A stretch of DNA of 64,000 nucleotides from Abditibacterium sp. (GCA_965246885.1 OZ251992.1:2688001-2752000), one strand, 5' to 3'; counted from the first letter of the stretch, positions 49,025 through 59,718 are shown. Notes: generated by a model from the letters alone, not told the origin. A program made the numbers and translations.

Positions 49025-52000
49025 ATGGATTGGGATGGGGGAAGTGTAGCGGGGGCCGGGGCGGGCATTGGGACAGCCCTCACTTCTTCCATCCACCGCA
49101 CGACGCGAAACTCTGCCGCTTCGCGCGCCCTGTCCACCGTCTCCAACGGCCAAGCCGCCCCTTCAAACGCCTGCGCTTCGCGCAGTATACGCATCAGCCG
49201 CACCGCCGCCTCCCCATTGAACCACAGCGTTTGCTCGAAGTTGTTGATGCCCAAAAAGCCGCGCGCCGCGTCGTCCGACAACACCGCGTTGAGGAAAGCG
49301 AGCGGCGCCGCGCCTTCGTTGACTGAAGCGGCGGCGAGGCTGAGGCGCAGTTCGTCGCCCCAAGCGGCGCCTTCGACGCCCAACTCGCGCCACACGTTTT
49401 GTATCAGTTCCACTAAGAGCCACTCATCCGCCCATGCGCGGCTTTGCGCGCGCACGTTGAGCGCGCCGCCCAACTGCCCGACCTCGGCAAGAAGCGCATA
49501 CCCCAGCCAAAACGGGCGGCGCGCGGCATCTTTTTCGGCCAAGGCGCGCTCGACCAGCACCAGCGCCGGAAGCGTGAACGCCCCCACTTCCCCCGACACG
49601 TTCATAAACGCGCTTGCGGCCCGCGCGAACTGCGCCAAGCGCCGCGCCAGTTCGGTCTTGGCTTGCTCGACCGATAAAGCGGGGCTGGCGCCCTCTTCCA
49701 ATTGGGTTGGCGGCGTCGCAGGGGAAGCAGGCGCCTCCTTCTTAATGCCCAACAGCGCCCGCCACAACTTCGCGTCGCACAAGCCGCGAAAAGGCGCGTC
49801 GAGCGGCTCCAGCAACAGTTCCCTGAGCGCCCGTTCAATGGACGGCACGCCGCGCCCGTTTAACCGGGCCGCCAAGCGTGCATACAAACCGGCTTCGTCG
49901 CGCACCTCGCCCCATTGCCAAAAGACGTGACTTCCATAGGCGGGTAACTCAATGTACAAGCCGCGCTCGCACACGTCCTGAGAGGGGCGCAGAAATTCCA
50001 AGCCCGCCGTGTTATCGCGGAAGATGGCATAGTGAAGGCCGTGCGGGTTCAACGATAGCGCCTCGCCAATGGTTTTCTGGTGCAGTTCGCCGCTCGCTTT
50101 GTCCAAGAAGGCCGATGAATGGTGTATCCAACCGCTCGCCGGGGATGGGCGGTTGTTAAACACCACCAAGGCGCGCTCCTCACCGAGGGCGTTGGTGTAG
50201 GCAAACACATCCTCGTCCACCTTGCCGTCCGCGTTCCAAAAGTCAAACAGGTGGAAGTGGTCGCTCCCGGCGAACAGTTCCCGCTTATGGAGCAAGGGGA
50301 ACACCACGCGTGCATGGTGCGCGATAAAGCCCGCGTCGGGGGTTTCATCCCAGTAAGCGCGCGGATACTCCATGCCGTATTTCTCCTCCAAACCTTCTAT
50401 CTGCCCGTGCCCCCACATGGGAAGTCCCGGCAAAGTGGCGAGCATGGTTGCGGCACCGAAGTACTTGTCCCCCTTCCCGAACTGGCTGGCGGCGGTATCT
50501 TCGTCGGGGTTGTTCATAAAGTTCACGAAGCGGCCCAGAATGGCGCGGTCGAACTCCAGCGTGTTCTTGAGGAGCAAGCGATAATTGGCGTTCTCCTCAT
50601 CGCGGAGCATGTGCATGAACGCCGAGTTGTAAACGCGGTGCATACCCAAGGTGCGGACGAAATAGCCTTCCATCATCCAGAAAGCCTCGGCCAAGAGCAG
50701 CGTTCCCGGCACTTCGACGGCGACGGTATCCACCACTTCGCGCCAGAACTCGCGCGGCATGAGCGCATCAAACTGCGCGGCGGAAATGCCCTTGCCCGCG
50801 CGGGACGGAATATCGCCCCCGCTGCCCGGTGCCGGAAACCACAAGCGGTGGATGTGCTTCTTGGCGAGCGTCATCGCGGCATCGAAGCGGATGATGGGGA
50901 AGTGGCGCGCCACCGCCAAGATGGTCTGCATCACCGCCGCGCGCACTTCGGGCTTCAGATAGTCCAACTGCGCCGTGTCGTTCCAAGGAATCGCCGTGCC
51001 ATCGTTGCCGTGATAAACATAACGGTTCTCGCCAGTTTGCTTATCGAGGCGCCGGAACACCACGCTCGCGTCGGTGCGCGAGTAGTAGCCGTTTTCGAGG
51101 AATATCCCCATGCGCCCGTCGTCGGATAAATCGGGGCCATCGTAACTCGCGTTCGGAAACGGCGGATGCGGCAAGGACAGGAACCAGTCGCCGTGTTCGA
51201 TCATCCAATCCGAGTCCAGCCCGGTATGGTTGGGCACCATATCCGACGCCATACGGATGCCGCGCACAAAAGCGCGGCGTCGCAGGTTTTCGAGCGCGCT
51301 CCAGCCGCCCAACTCCCCGGCAACTTCGTAGTTCTTGAGCGAGTAGGCCGACGCGATGGCGTCCGGGTTGCCCGTCATGCGCTTTATCTTTTGCGAGGCG
51401 TGCGAGCGTTCCCAAACGCCAATCAGCCACAGCCCCGTTATCCCGCGCCGCGCCAATTCGTCCAATTCTTCGTCGGGCACCTGATCGAGACGGTAGATAT
51501 GGCGCCCGTATTGCTTGGATAGCTGATCGAGCCACACGTACGTCTGCTTGGCGAGCAGGACGCACTTGGGCATCCAGTCGGTATCGCCAGAAAACGCCTC
51601 GTAGTCGTCCAGCCCGACCAAGCCGCCCGCCTCCGCGCCCGCGCCAAACGACAACACCTGCGCTGGCCCCGGCCCGAAAAAGTGCGGCTTCTCCTCCTCG
51701 CGGATGAGGTCGAGATGCAACAACAAGCGCGGCAAGAACGGCGTCACCAAGTCGCCCCAACGCTCCAAGACAAAGCGCAACTGCGCCTCGACCGAATCGG
51801 GGTGGGCACGGAGCGGTTGTTTAAGGAGCGAGAGCAAATCCAGTTCGTCCGGCCCATAGGCCGGTAGCGCTCCAAAGAACGCGCCGAGGGTTTCGAGTGC
51901 CGCCGCGTAGCTCATCGGCTGAAGCGGCGCATCGTCGAAGAGTTCCGCGAAGGTGCGTAGGGCCGGATTATCGTTGGCCAGGTGCAAGCGCAGCAGCAAC

Positions 52001-52380
52001 TCCAACGCATCGGGCCGCGCCTCCAACGTCAATCCCGGCGGCGCCCATTCCAAGCGGAGCGCGCCCAGTAGTTCCTCCGTTTCCACCGCCCCGACGTTCT
52101 CATCCAAAAACGACGCGGCATCTTCGAGGGCGTCGGCCTCGACTTCCTCCGCATAACGGGCAATGACCGCCGCGAACAGTTCATCCAACAGCGCCGCCGC
52201 CGCCAAACGGCCCGACTTGACCGCGCGCTCCGGCGCCGCCGCCACGTCGCGCGCGGTATTCAAGCGCGCCGCCAACTCGCGCGCGAGGGAGAAATCAGCA
52301 AAAGTGGGCGCGTCAAACCCCCACGCTTGACGGGCCGAGTTGGACAGGGGGAAAAAGCCGGAAGCAGCGAAACGGGACAT
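49021..52380 (-). CDS. Large GH13 alpha-amylase family protein
   Basis: DMVPNH, RFDAAM, LAEAFW, NNPDE catalytic regions. Confidence 0.85.
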   Translation of the reverse strand: MSRFAASGFFPLSNSARQAWGFDAPTFADFSLARELAARLNTARDVAAAPERAVKSGRLAAAALLDELFAAVIARYAEEVEADALEDAASFLDENVGAVETEELLGALRLEWAPPGLTLEARPDALELLLRLHLANDNPALRTFAELFDDAPLQPMSYAAALETLGAFFGALPAYGPDELDLLSLLKQPLRAHPDSVEAQLRFVLERWGDLVTPFLPRLLLHLDLIREEEKPHFFGPGPAQVLSFGAGAEAGGLVGLDDYEAFSGDTDWMPKCVLLAKQTYVWLDQLSKQYGRHIYRLDQVPDEELDELARRGITGLWLIGVWERSHASQKIKRMTGNPDAIASAYSLKNYEVAGELGGWSALENLRRRAFVRGIRMASDMVPNHTGLDSDWMIEHGDWFLSLPHPPFPNASYDGPDLSDDGRMGIFLENGYYSRTDASVVFRRLDKQTGENRYVYHGNDGTAIPWNDTAQLDYLKPEVRAAVMQTILAVARHFPIIRFDAAMTLAKKHIHRLWFPAPGSGGDIPSRAGKGISAAQFDALMPREFWREVVDTVAVEVPGTLLLAEAFWMMEGYFVRTLGMHRVYNSAFMHMLRDEENANYRLLLKNTLEFDRAILGRFVNFMNNPDEDTAASQFGKGDKYFGAATMLATLPGLPMWGHGQIEGLEEKYGMEYPRAYWDETPDAGFIAHHARVVFPLLHKRELFAGSDHFHLFDFWNADGKVDEDVFAYTNALGEERALVVFNNRPSPASGWIHHSSAFLDKASGELHQKTIGEALSLNPHGLHYAIFRDNTAGLEFLRPSQDVCERGLYIELPAYGSHVFWQWGEVRDEAGLYARLAARLNGRGVPSIERALRELLLEPLDAPFRGLCDAKLWRALLGIKKEAPASPATPPTQLEEGASPALSVEQAKTELARRLAQFARAASAFMNVSGEVGAFTLPALVLVERALAEKDAARRPFWLGYALLAEVGQLGGALNVRAQSRAWADEWLLVELIQNVWRELGVEGAAWGDELRLSLAAASVNEGAAPLAFLNAVLSDDAARGFLGINNFEQTLWFNGEAAVRLMRILREAQAFEGAAWPLETVDRAREAAEFRVVRWMEEVRAVPMPAPAPATLPPSQSI

Positions 52381-52513
52381 AACGCGCAGTTTGGCAGAAG
52401 ACGCTGCCCCTCTCGCACCGGTGAAAAGCGCCAAAAACTCCACGCCTTGCGCCTCGGATGTGAGATTGAGGGTTTTTCTCCCTATTACGTTAAAAAATTT
52501 GCACTAAATCGCA

Positions 52514-52562
52514 TTGCAAGATAGTGCGTATGTCTGTTAAGGTTGATTCCGTTCCAAGGAGG
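52514..52562 (+). promoter_or_regulatory. Putative sigma70 promoter and RBS of lipoprotein gene
   Basis: TTGCAA (52514) ... TGtTAAGGT (52535-52543); AAGGAGG at 52556. Confidence 0.45.
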
Positions 52563-52576
52563 AACACACTTTCACA

Positions 52577-53050
52577 ATGAAAATTCCCAAAACCCTTGTG
52601 CTTTGCACCCTGCTCTGCGCTCTTCCCACGAGCGCCCTCCTGACCGGTTGCGGCGGCGGCGGAAGCGGCATCTCCGTCCCGCAGGTTCCCATTCCGGCAG
52701 GCACCATTCCCACGCTCGCCCAACTCGCGGGCAATTACACCGCCACTGCAACGCAGACAACGGGCGACGCCAGCACCGGCAAAGGCGGCAGCGGCACTTA
52801 TAACGTCACGATTGATAACACCGGCCACGCTTCGGGCGTTAACCCAAACGATAGCACTGACACCATCTCAGGCACCGTCAATGCATCCAATGGTGAGTTC
52901 TCATTCAGTGGCGGCGATGGCGGTACGGGAACGGGCTATTTCCGCCTCAACAACGGCGTTATCACTGGCACCGGCACTTTCTACGCCCCGCACGGCGACA
53001 ACAACAACAATCCTGCTGCTGGCACTTTCAACTTCACCAGCGTTTCGTAG
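52577..53050 (+). CDS. Gly/Thr-rich beta-strand lipoprotein
   Basis: Lipobox LLTG|CGGGG; strong RBS. Confidence 0.8.
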   Translation: MKIPKTLVLCTLLCALPTSALLTGCGGGGSGISVPQVPIPAGTIPTLAQLAGNYTATATQTTGDASTGKGGSGTYNVTIDNTGHASGVNPNDSTDTISGTVNASNGEFSFSGGDGGTGTGYFRLNNGVITGTGTFYAPHGDNNNNPAAGTFNFTSVS

Positions 53051-53062
53051 TCGCCCCTCTGC

Positions 53063-53113
53063 CATCAACACGCCCGCCCCGGTGGAATTTCCACCGGGGC
53101 GGGCGTGTTGATG
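53063..53113. repeat. Perfect 25-bp inverted repeat (51-nt palindrome)
   Basis: CATCAACACGCCCGCCCCGGTGGAA-t-TTCCACCGGGGCGGGCGTGTTGATG. Confidence 0.9.
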
Positions 53114-53171
53114 ACCGGGCCGCGCCGCTCACCCGCCGTGCCGTGCCGACGAGTGGCGCGGGCACGTCACT

Positions 53172-53298
53172 CGAAGACTTAGCCGCGCCGACGGAAGAAT
53201 TGGCTTGGAATCGAAAGACTTAGCCGCGCCAACCGTTGAATTAGCCGCGTCAATCGTTCGCCGGGGCGGGCGAGACAATGGCGCGGCTAATTCAACGG
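53172..53298. repeat. ~21-bp-period array, family B, plus an inverted copy
   Basis: GA[AC]TT[AG]GC cores at 53176, 53197, 53217, 53238; 53233-53249 inverted at 53282-53298. Confidence 0.8.
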
Positions 53299-53374
53299 AA
53301 GAAACACGCCTTGCGCGTCGGAACATGGCTATCCGTTTCCCCAAACTACGTCGCTTTGCCAAACTGGGGCGCCC

Positions 53375-54844
53375 ATGAAGATTGCATTTATCGCCGCCGA
53401 GTGCGCGCCCTTTGCCAAGACGGGCGGATTGGGCGATGTCGTCGGCGCCCTGCCCAAGGCTTTGACGGCGTTAGGGCACGACGTCCGCGTCTTTTTGCCG
53501 CTTTATGCTTCAATTAACCGCGCCAAGTTTGGCATTGTGCCGTCGGGCAGCTTGTGCGCGCACATGGGCGCGGGCGAGGAGATTTGGCTCGGCCTCCACG
53601 AGGGGCGCTTGGGGGACGGCACGCCCGTCACCTTCTTGGAATACGACCGCTTTTACGGGCGGCGCGGGGTGTATGGCGAGCCGGAGGAATACCGCGACAA
53701 CGCTTTTCGCTTCGCGCTCTTGCCCAAGGCGGCCTTGCAGTGGTGCAAGGACTTCGGCTGGACGCCGGACGTGGTGCACGTTCACGATTGGTCGAGCGCG
53801 CTCGGCGCGGTGTTTTTGAAGACGTGGGATCGGATTCTCTCGCCCCTGTCGGAAACGGCGTCCGTTCTGACCATCCACAACATCGGCTACGCGGGCAAGT
53901 TCGACCGCTTCGCGCTGAAATTCATCGGCGTCGGGGAAGAGTATTTCAACTCCGAAGTGTTCGAAGACGGCGGCCAGATCAATTTGCTCAAGGCCGGTAT
54001 TCACTTCGCCGACGCGATTACGACGGTTTCGCCGACGCACGCGCACGAGATTTTGGGGCCGATTGGCGGGCAGGGGTTGGCGCCGTATCTGAACAACCGG
54101 CGGGGCGACGTGTCGGGCATCCTGAACGGCGTGGACTACGAAGACTGGAACCCCGAAAGCGACCCGCATATCCCCGCGCAGTACGGGGCATCGGACTTAA
54201 GCGGCAAGGCGATTTGCAAGGCGGCGCTTCAAGAGCGCTTCGGCCTCCGTTTTGAACCCAAGACCCCCATTTTCGGCGTCGTCAGTCGCTTTGCCTCGCA
54301 GAAAGGCTTCGATTTGTTGCAAGCGGCGCTTCCGAGGGCGCTGGAGCAGATGCGCATGCAACTGGTCGTGCTTGGGACAGGCGACCCGCAGACCGAGGCG
54401 TTTTTCAACGACCTTGCGCGGCGCTTTCCCGGCCAAGTGGGGGTGTTCATCGGCTTTTCGGTGGAACTGTCGCACTTAGTCGAGGCGGGCAGCGACTTCT
54501 TTTTGATGCCCTCCATCTACGAGCCGTGCGGCCTGAACCAGTCGTATTCGATGCGCTATGCTACTTTGCCGCTCGTGCGGGCAACGGGAGGGCTGGACGA
54601 CACCGTTCATAACTACGACGAGAAAACGGGGCGCGGCACCGGCTTCAAGTTTTGGGACATAGACCCGGCGGCGCTATATTACTGCATCGGCTGGGCGGTT
54701 TCGACATGGTTTGACCGTCCCGCGCACATCGAGAAGCTGCGCCGCGCGGCAATGGCGCAGGAGTTTTCATGGCGCGACTCGGCGCGGCAATACGTGGCCG
54801 TTTACGAGCACGCGCTGAGGAACAAAAGGAGCGGCGCGGTGTGA
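53375..54844 (+). CDS. glgA: Glycogen synthase
   Basis: AECAPFAKTGGLGDV, HVHDW, TIHN, SIYEPCGL, TGGLDD. Confidence 0.96.
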   Translation: MKIAFIAAECAPFAKTGGLGDVVGALPKALTALGHDVRVFLPLYASINRAKFGIVPSGSLCAHMGAGEEIWLGLHEGRLGDGTPVTFLEYDRFYGRRGVYGEPEEYRDNAFRFALLPKAALQWCKDFGWTPDVVHVHDWSSALGAVFLKTWDRILSPLSETASVLTIHNIGYAGKFDRFALKFIGVGEEYFNSEVFEDGGQINLLKAGIHFADAITTVSPTHAHEILGPIGGQGLAPYLNNRRGDVSGILNGVDYEDWNPESDPHIPAQYGASDLSGKAICKAALQERFGLRFEPKTPIFGVVSRFASQKGFDLLQAALPRALEQMRMQLVVLGTGDPQTEAFFNDLARRFPGQVGVFIGFSVELSHLVEAGSDFFLMPSIYEPCGLNQSYSMRYATLPLVRATGGLDDTVHNYDEKTGRGTGFKFWDIDPAALYYCIGWAVSTWFDRPAHIEKLRRAAMAQEFSWRDSARQYVAVYEHALRNKRSGAV

Positions 54845-54878
54845 GGGCGCACGCGCTCCGCTTGGCAAACTGGAAGAA

Positions 54879-55541
54879 ATGACTATCCCTGAATTCGATA
54901 TACTGTGGCGCGCGCGCCACCAAGCGAGCGCTCTGGAGCAATGCTTTGAAGCGGCGCAGACCGCCGATAACTTCGAGTGGCAGTGGCGCATGGCGCGCCT
55001 CGCGCACTTCATGGGGATGCAGGCCCAAGAAGCCGGGGACACTTCCGAAGCGTTGGAGCAGTTCCAGATAGGCAAAAGCGCCGCCGACTTAGCCCATTTG
55101 CAGAAGCCGCGCAGCGTGGAATCGAGCTTTTGGCTGGCCACATGCGAACTGGAGCGCGCGCGCCTCAGAGGGCCAGTGGCCGTTGCCGCCATTTTGAACC
55201 GCGCGCAGAAACTCTTAGAGCGGGCACTGGGCGCGGACGAGAGTTTCCACTTCGCGGGGCCACTGCGGGTGATGGGCCGGATGGTGCAACTCAAGCCGCT
55301 TGTGATGGGCGGCAGTTTAGACCGCGCCCTCACCTTTTACGAGCGCGCCTTGCAATTGTTCCCGCGCCATTCCACGACGCGCTTGTATCTGGCGGACGCC
55401 TTGATTTCCGACCGCCGCCCCAAGGAAGCGCGCGAAGCGCTCCACTTGGTGTTGGAGGGCAGCGACCCGCAAGATTGGGCATGGGAAACGGCGCGCGACC
55501 AGAAACTGGCACGCGCGTGGCTCGCGGAGCGGCTGGATTAG
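54879..55541 (+). CDS. TPR protein (TatT-like)
   Basis: AGPLRVMGR...GGSLDRA...ALQLFP...LYLADAL. Confidence 0.65.
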   Translation: MTIPEFDILWRARHQASALEQCFEAAQTADNFEWQWRMARLAHFMGMQAQEAGDTSEALEQFQIGKSAADLAHLQKPRSVESSFWLATCELERARLRGPVAVAAILNRAQKLLERALGADESFHFAGPLRVMGRMVQLKPLVMGGSLDRALTFYERALQLFPRHSTTRLYLADALISDRRPKEAREALHLVLEGSDPQDWAWETARDQKLARAWLAERLD

Positions 55542-55715
55542 GGCGCATTTTGCGGCACGGTGTCGCGGGGGTTGCAATACTGGGCGCCGCTTCCGCGCGC
55601 CAAGGGAAAGCACCCGGAAAAACACACACAGGTTTTTTTGGGAATATTTGGCCGTTCTCAGGCGTCGGGAGGTTGGCAACGAGCATTTTGAGCCGCAGTT
55701 CGTGCCCGCAATTTC

Positions 55716-56984
55716 ATGTTTCGAGTTGTCATTACAGGTGTGGGCGCCGTGTCGCCTTTTGGAGTGGGTTGGGATGCTTGGGTGCAAGGGTTGCGCGCGG
55801 GCACTTCCGCCACGCGGCGCATCGCGCTGTTTGACCCGGCATCCCCGGTTCCCGACGCGCCGCATATCGAGGCGTTGGCGTGCCAAGTCGCCGCCGAAGT
55901 CCCCAACTTTTCGCCGTCTCATTGGGTCGCGCCCAAAGACCTCGACCGCGTGCCGCGCGTGGTGCCCCTCGCCCTTGCCGCGACGCGCGAAGCGCTCGAT
56001 AACGCCGGTTTGTCCGACATGAGCGCAGCCCAAAAGTCGGCGACGGGCGTGGTGCTCGGCAGTGGCGGCGGCGGCTCGTCGTATTCCGAGACGCAATTGC
56101 ACAACTGGTATTTGCAAGTGGGCCGCGTCTCGCCTTACGCCATTTCCAGTTCCATCGCGGGCATGGTGTCGAGTGAGATTTCCATCGCGCACGGCTTTCG
56201 CGGGCGCTCGCACACCGTCTCCGATGGCTGCACTTCTTCCTCCGACGCGCTTGGTTATGCGCTCGATTTAGTTCGGTCTGGGAGGGAAAAGCGCCTGCTT
56301 GTCGGCGGCGCGGATGGCTGCGTGACTCCCGGCATGATGGCGGGCTTCGAGCTAATGCGCGCCGTCCCGACGCATTGGAACGACTGCCCTGCCAAAGCCT
56401 CGCGCCCGTTCTGCTTAGACCGCAACGGCTTCGTGCTCGGCGAGGGTTCGTGGATGTTCGTCGTCGAGGAGTTGGAAACAGCCTTGGCGCGCGGCGCGCG
56501 CATCCGCGCCGAAATCTGCGGCTACGGCGCGACGTGCGAAGCGTATCACCGCGTCGCGCTTAAAGAACCCGACGAAGCCGCGCGCGCCATGACAATGGCC
56601 CTTCAAGACGCGGGCATCGAAGCGGCGCAACTCGACTACGTGAACCTGCACGGCACCGCGACGCCGCTCAACGACCCCCTCGAAACCGCCGCCATCAAAA
56701 TGGCTCTTGGCGAGACCGCCTTCTCGACGCCGATGAGTTCGACCAAATCGCAAATCGGCCACCCGCAAGGCGCGAGCGGCTCGGCGGGCATCGCCGCGAT
56801 TCTGGCGGGGATGGAGGGCAACTTTGCGCCGCCCACGATTAACCTCGACAACCCTGACCCCGCCTGCGACCTTGATTACACCCCGCTCCATGCGCGCGAG
56901 TTGAACATCGAATGGGCGTTGGCGAACTGCTTGGGCTTTGGCTCCAAAAACGCGGCGCTCGTGTTGCGGCGCGGCGCGGGCTAA
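55716..56984 (+). CDS. Beta-ketoacyl-ACP synthase II-like / KS-alpha-like ketosynthase
   Basis: RVVITGVG, DGCTSS (Cys), NLHGTAT, KSQIGHPQGA, GFG. Confidence 0.9.
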   Translation: MFRVVITGVGAVSPFGVGWDAWVQGLRAGTSATRRIALFDPASPVPDAPHIEALACQVAAEVPNFSPSHWVAPKDLDRVPRVVPLALAATREALDNAGLSDMSAAQKSATGVVLGSGGGGSSYSETQLHNWYLQVGRVSPYAISSSIAGMVSSEISIAHGFRGRSHTVSDGCTSSSDALGYALDLVRSGREKRLLVGGADGCVTPGMMAGFELMRAVPTHWNDCPAKASRPFCLDRNGFVLGEGSWMFVVEELETALARGARIRAEICGYGATCEAYHRVALKEPDEAARAMTMALQDAGIEAAQLDYVNLHGTATPLNDPLETAAIKMALGETAFSTPMSSTKSQIGHPQGASGSAGIAAILAGMEGNFAPPTINLDNPDPACDLDYTPLHARELNIEWALANCLGFGSKNAALVLRRGAG

Positions 56985-56993
56985 ACAGCGACC

Positions 56994-57503
56994 ATGAGCA
57001 TAGAGTCGGCAGTTCTGGGCACTATTTCGGCGGCGGTGACGCCCGTCGTGATGATTTCGGCGTGCGGCACCCTCACCTTGGGCGTCAACAACCGGCAGCA
57101 GAACCTCACCACGCTGATCCGCGAGGCCGCCAAAGAAAGCCGCGCGCATGGCGTATCGCCCGAACGCCAAGCGCAACTGCGGGAGCAAATCGTCATCTGG
57201 CACCGCCGCTTCTATTACTCTTGGCTGGCAACGTGCGCGCTGTATGGCGCCATCGGCTGCTTCCTCTTCACGACGCTTGGCATCGTATGGGCCGGACGGC
57301 GCCTGAGCGCCGCGCCCTTTTGGGTGCTCCTGCTGTTCGAGGCGGGCGTGGCGCTGATGCTTCTGGCATCCGTTGGCGTCGTGGGCGAAGTGGCGCTGTC
57401 CAAAACCACGCTCGGCATCGAAATCCGCGACCTCTCCCTCCCCCTGCGCCGCTTCGGAGCGCGCCACCATGACGATGAGGACGAAGAGCATCAGGCGCCG
57501 TAA
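56994..57503 (+). CDS. DUF2721-like membrane protein
   Basis: ISAAVTPVVMISACG...N.R; three TMs. Confidence 0.7.
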   Translation: MSIESAVLGTISAAVTPVVMISACGTLTLGVNNRQQNLTTLIREAAKESRAHGVSPERQAQLREQIVIWHRRFYYSWLATCALYGAIGCFLFTTLGIVWAGRRLSAAPFWVLLLFEAGVALMLLASVGVVGEVALSKTTLGIEIRDLSLPLRRFGARHHDDEDEEHQAP

Positions 57504-57521
57504 GCGCACAATCAGCCTAAG

Positions 57522-58244
57522 ATGTTCCCCATGAAACTCTGGCCTCCCTCTTACCCGACGCCCCAGCTCGACGCGCCCGAACTGCTCGATTCGCGCACGT
57601 TTTCGCGGGCGGAAGTGGCGCGCTCGCTACGCGATGTGGCGCGCATCAACTCCTTTCTGGGCGCGACGGCGCCGCTTTACCAGAGCGTGTGGGCGATGTG
57701 CGCGCGCGCGTCGGGCGAAACGGTGACGGTGCTGGATGTCGGCGCGGGCAACGGCGACTTCGCGCGGCGCTTGTTGGCGCAGGCCGCGCGGCGCGGGGTG
57801 AAGCTGCGAGTGATTGCGCTCGATATTTCGGCGCTGCACCTCGACATCGCGCGCGAGCATTTGAACGGCGCGGCGTGCGAGTTCCTACAAGCGGACGTCT
57901 TCGCGCTTCCGCTCCCGAATCAGTCCGTTGACATCGTGACTTCGAGCTTGTTCCTGCACCACTTCCGGCCCCCGCAAATCGCGGCGCTGCTTCAGGAGTG
58001 CGCGCGGGTGGCGCGGGTGGGAATAGCAATGAGCGACTGCGCGCGCGATGCGGTTGCGCTGGGCAGTTTCCGCGTTTTGCGGCCCATTTTGGCGCGCTCG
58101 TTCTTGACGCGCTTCGATGCGCTCGCCTCGATTCGGCGTTCGTACACGCCCGAAGAGATGGGCCTCGTTGTTGCTTCGTTGCGCGGCGCGACGGTGCGCG
58201 GCTACTTCCCGTATCGTCTCCAAGTCGAATGGATGCGCTCTTAG
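57522..58244 (+). CDS. SAM-dependent methyltransferase-domain protein
   Basis: ELLD...IN.FLG, LDVGAGNGD, SLFLHHF, DALASIRRSYT. Confidence 0.85.
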   Translation: MFPMKLWPPSYPTPQLDAPELLDSRTFSRAEVARSLRDVARINSFLGATAPLYQSVWAMCARASGETVTVLDVGAGNGDFARRLLAQAARRGVKLRVIALDISALHLDIAREHLNGAACEFLQADVFALPLPNQSVDIVTSSLFLHHFRPPQIAALLQECARVARVGIAMSDCARDAVALGSFRVLRPILARSFLTRFDALASIRRSYTPEEMGLVVASLRGATVRGYFPYRLQVEWMRS

Positions 58245-59377
58245 GGGAATTTGATGTGGCCGTTGTCGGCGCGGGGTTGGCGGGAGGTTGCGCCGCCATC
58301 TTGCTGGCTCAAAGTGGGGCGCGCGTCGTGCTACTTGATGCCGGAACTCCCGGTGCTCAGAAGGTGTGCGGCGAGTTCCTCTCGCCCGAAAGCCGCGCGC
58401 AACTGACGCGACTGGGCATCTGGGACGCCATGCAAGCCGCCGGTGCCCTGCCCGTTTCGGATGCGCGCATCCTCACCACGAAGCGGCGCGGGCACGCGAT
58501 TTCTTTGTCGGACGAGGGGGTGGCCTTGTCGCGCGCGGCGTTGGACGCAATTTTGTGGGCGCGCGCCGGGGAAGTCGGCGTCCAAACCCATGCCCATACC
58601 CCCGTCCAAAGCATCGAGCGCGCATCGGACGGCGCGTTTCTGGTTCACACGCGCGGCGGCGATTTTCGAGCGCGGTTCGTGCTGAGCGCGACGGGGCGCA
58701 CATCCAAATTGGGGCGCACGGGCGACGGCGCGCCCGAACCCAAGCAGCGATTCGTTGGCCTCAAAACGCATCTTCTCGGCGCGCGCGTCGGGCGCGGCGA
58801 GGTCGCGGTCTATCCGTTTAAGGGCGGCTATTGTGGCTTGGTGGGCGTCGAGGACGGGCGCGTCAACGCGTGTTTGCTCGCGCCGTATGCCCGCTTGAAA
58901 GGACGCTCGCCCGCCGCGCTGTGGGAGGAAGTGTGCCGCGAGAACTGCGCCCTCTCCGAAGCGACGCACGGAGCGACGCCCGCGTTCGAGTGGATTGCGA
59001 CCGGCAACGTGTCCTTCGAGCGCTTCGCCCCCATCCGCGACGGCGTGCTGCGCGTCGGCGATGCGGCGGGCTACATCCATCCCCTGTCGGGCGACGGCAT
59101 GGCGATGGCGCTGCGATCGGGCGAACTGGCCGCCCGCACCGTTCAACACGCGCTGCGCTATACCCAGTCGCCCCTTGCCGCCGCCGACACTTACGCTCTC
59201 TTGTGGAACCGCGAGTTCGCCCGCCGTCTGCGCTGGGCGCGCACGCTCCAACCCTTCTTCTCGCGCCCGATGTGGGCGAACACAATGATCTTCTGGGCGA
59301 ACCTCTTCCCCACCCTCACCCGCCTCACAACGGCGAAGTTGCGCGGACGCCCCCCAGTGCGGTACAGGTCGGAGTAG
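58229..59377 (+). CDS. FAD-dependent oxidoreductase (geranylgeranyl reductase/halogenase-like)
   Basis: DVAVVGAGLAG, KVCGEFLS, GGYCG, VGDAAGYIHPLSGDGMAMA; ATG at 58229. Confidence 0.88.
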   Translation: MDALLGEFDVAVVGAGLAGGCAAILLAQSGARVVLLDAGTPGAQKVCGEFLSPESRAQLTRLGIWDAMQAAGALPVSDARILTTKRRGHAISLSDEGVALSRAALDAILWARAGEVGVQTHAHTPVQSIERASDGAFLVHTRGGDFRARFVLSATGRTSKLGRTGDGAPEPKQRFVGLKTHLLGARVGRGEVAVYPFKGGYCGLVGVEDGRVNACLLAPYARLKGRSPAALWEEVCRENCALSEATHGATPAFEWIATGNVSFERFAPIRDGVLRVGDAAGYIHPLSGDGMAMALRSGELAARTVQHALRYTQSPLAAADTYALLWNREFARRLRWARTLQPFFSRPMWANTMIFWANLFPTLTRLTTAKLRGRPPVRYRSE

Positions 59378-59657
59378 TTGCGGTTGATACCGACACGGCC
59401 AAACCCCGTTCATCATCGAAATGGACAATCCCGCAACAGCCGCGAATGAAACGGCCCCTGCCGCGCGATGTCATGCGCCGGGGACAAACGCGGAATATCG
59501 AACAACTTGCGATTCAGCGCCTTCGAGACGCCGATCAAAAGAGCAGCCACACCCCCCAGTGTCGCAACGCGCGCGCCAAATTCGGCGGCCTGAGTAGCGA
59601 ACGCGCGGCACTTGGGTGTTTAGGTTGTGCCGAGCCCTTTTCCACATCTCCCTCCGC

Positions 59658-59684
59658 TTTGATGAAGTTTTATGGCTGTCCTTT
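59658..59684 (-). repeat. Decayed direct repeat (25/27) of RBS+start of the 59719..60582 gene
   Basis: AAAGGACAGCCATAAAACTTCATCAAA vs AAAGGACACCCATGAAACTTCATCAAA (60567-60593). Confidence 0.85.
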
Positions 59685-59718
59685 GCAAAACGGCACTTCT
59701 ACTTATGAGCTTTTACTC

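Noticed and set aside
59400..59640. Possible gene fragment between the oxidoreductase and the low-GC module
   Set aside because: Short open frames on both strands but no start/RBS or recognisable motif.
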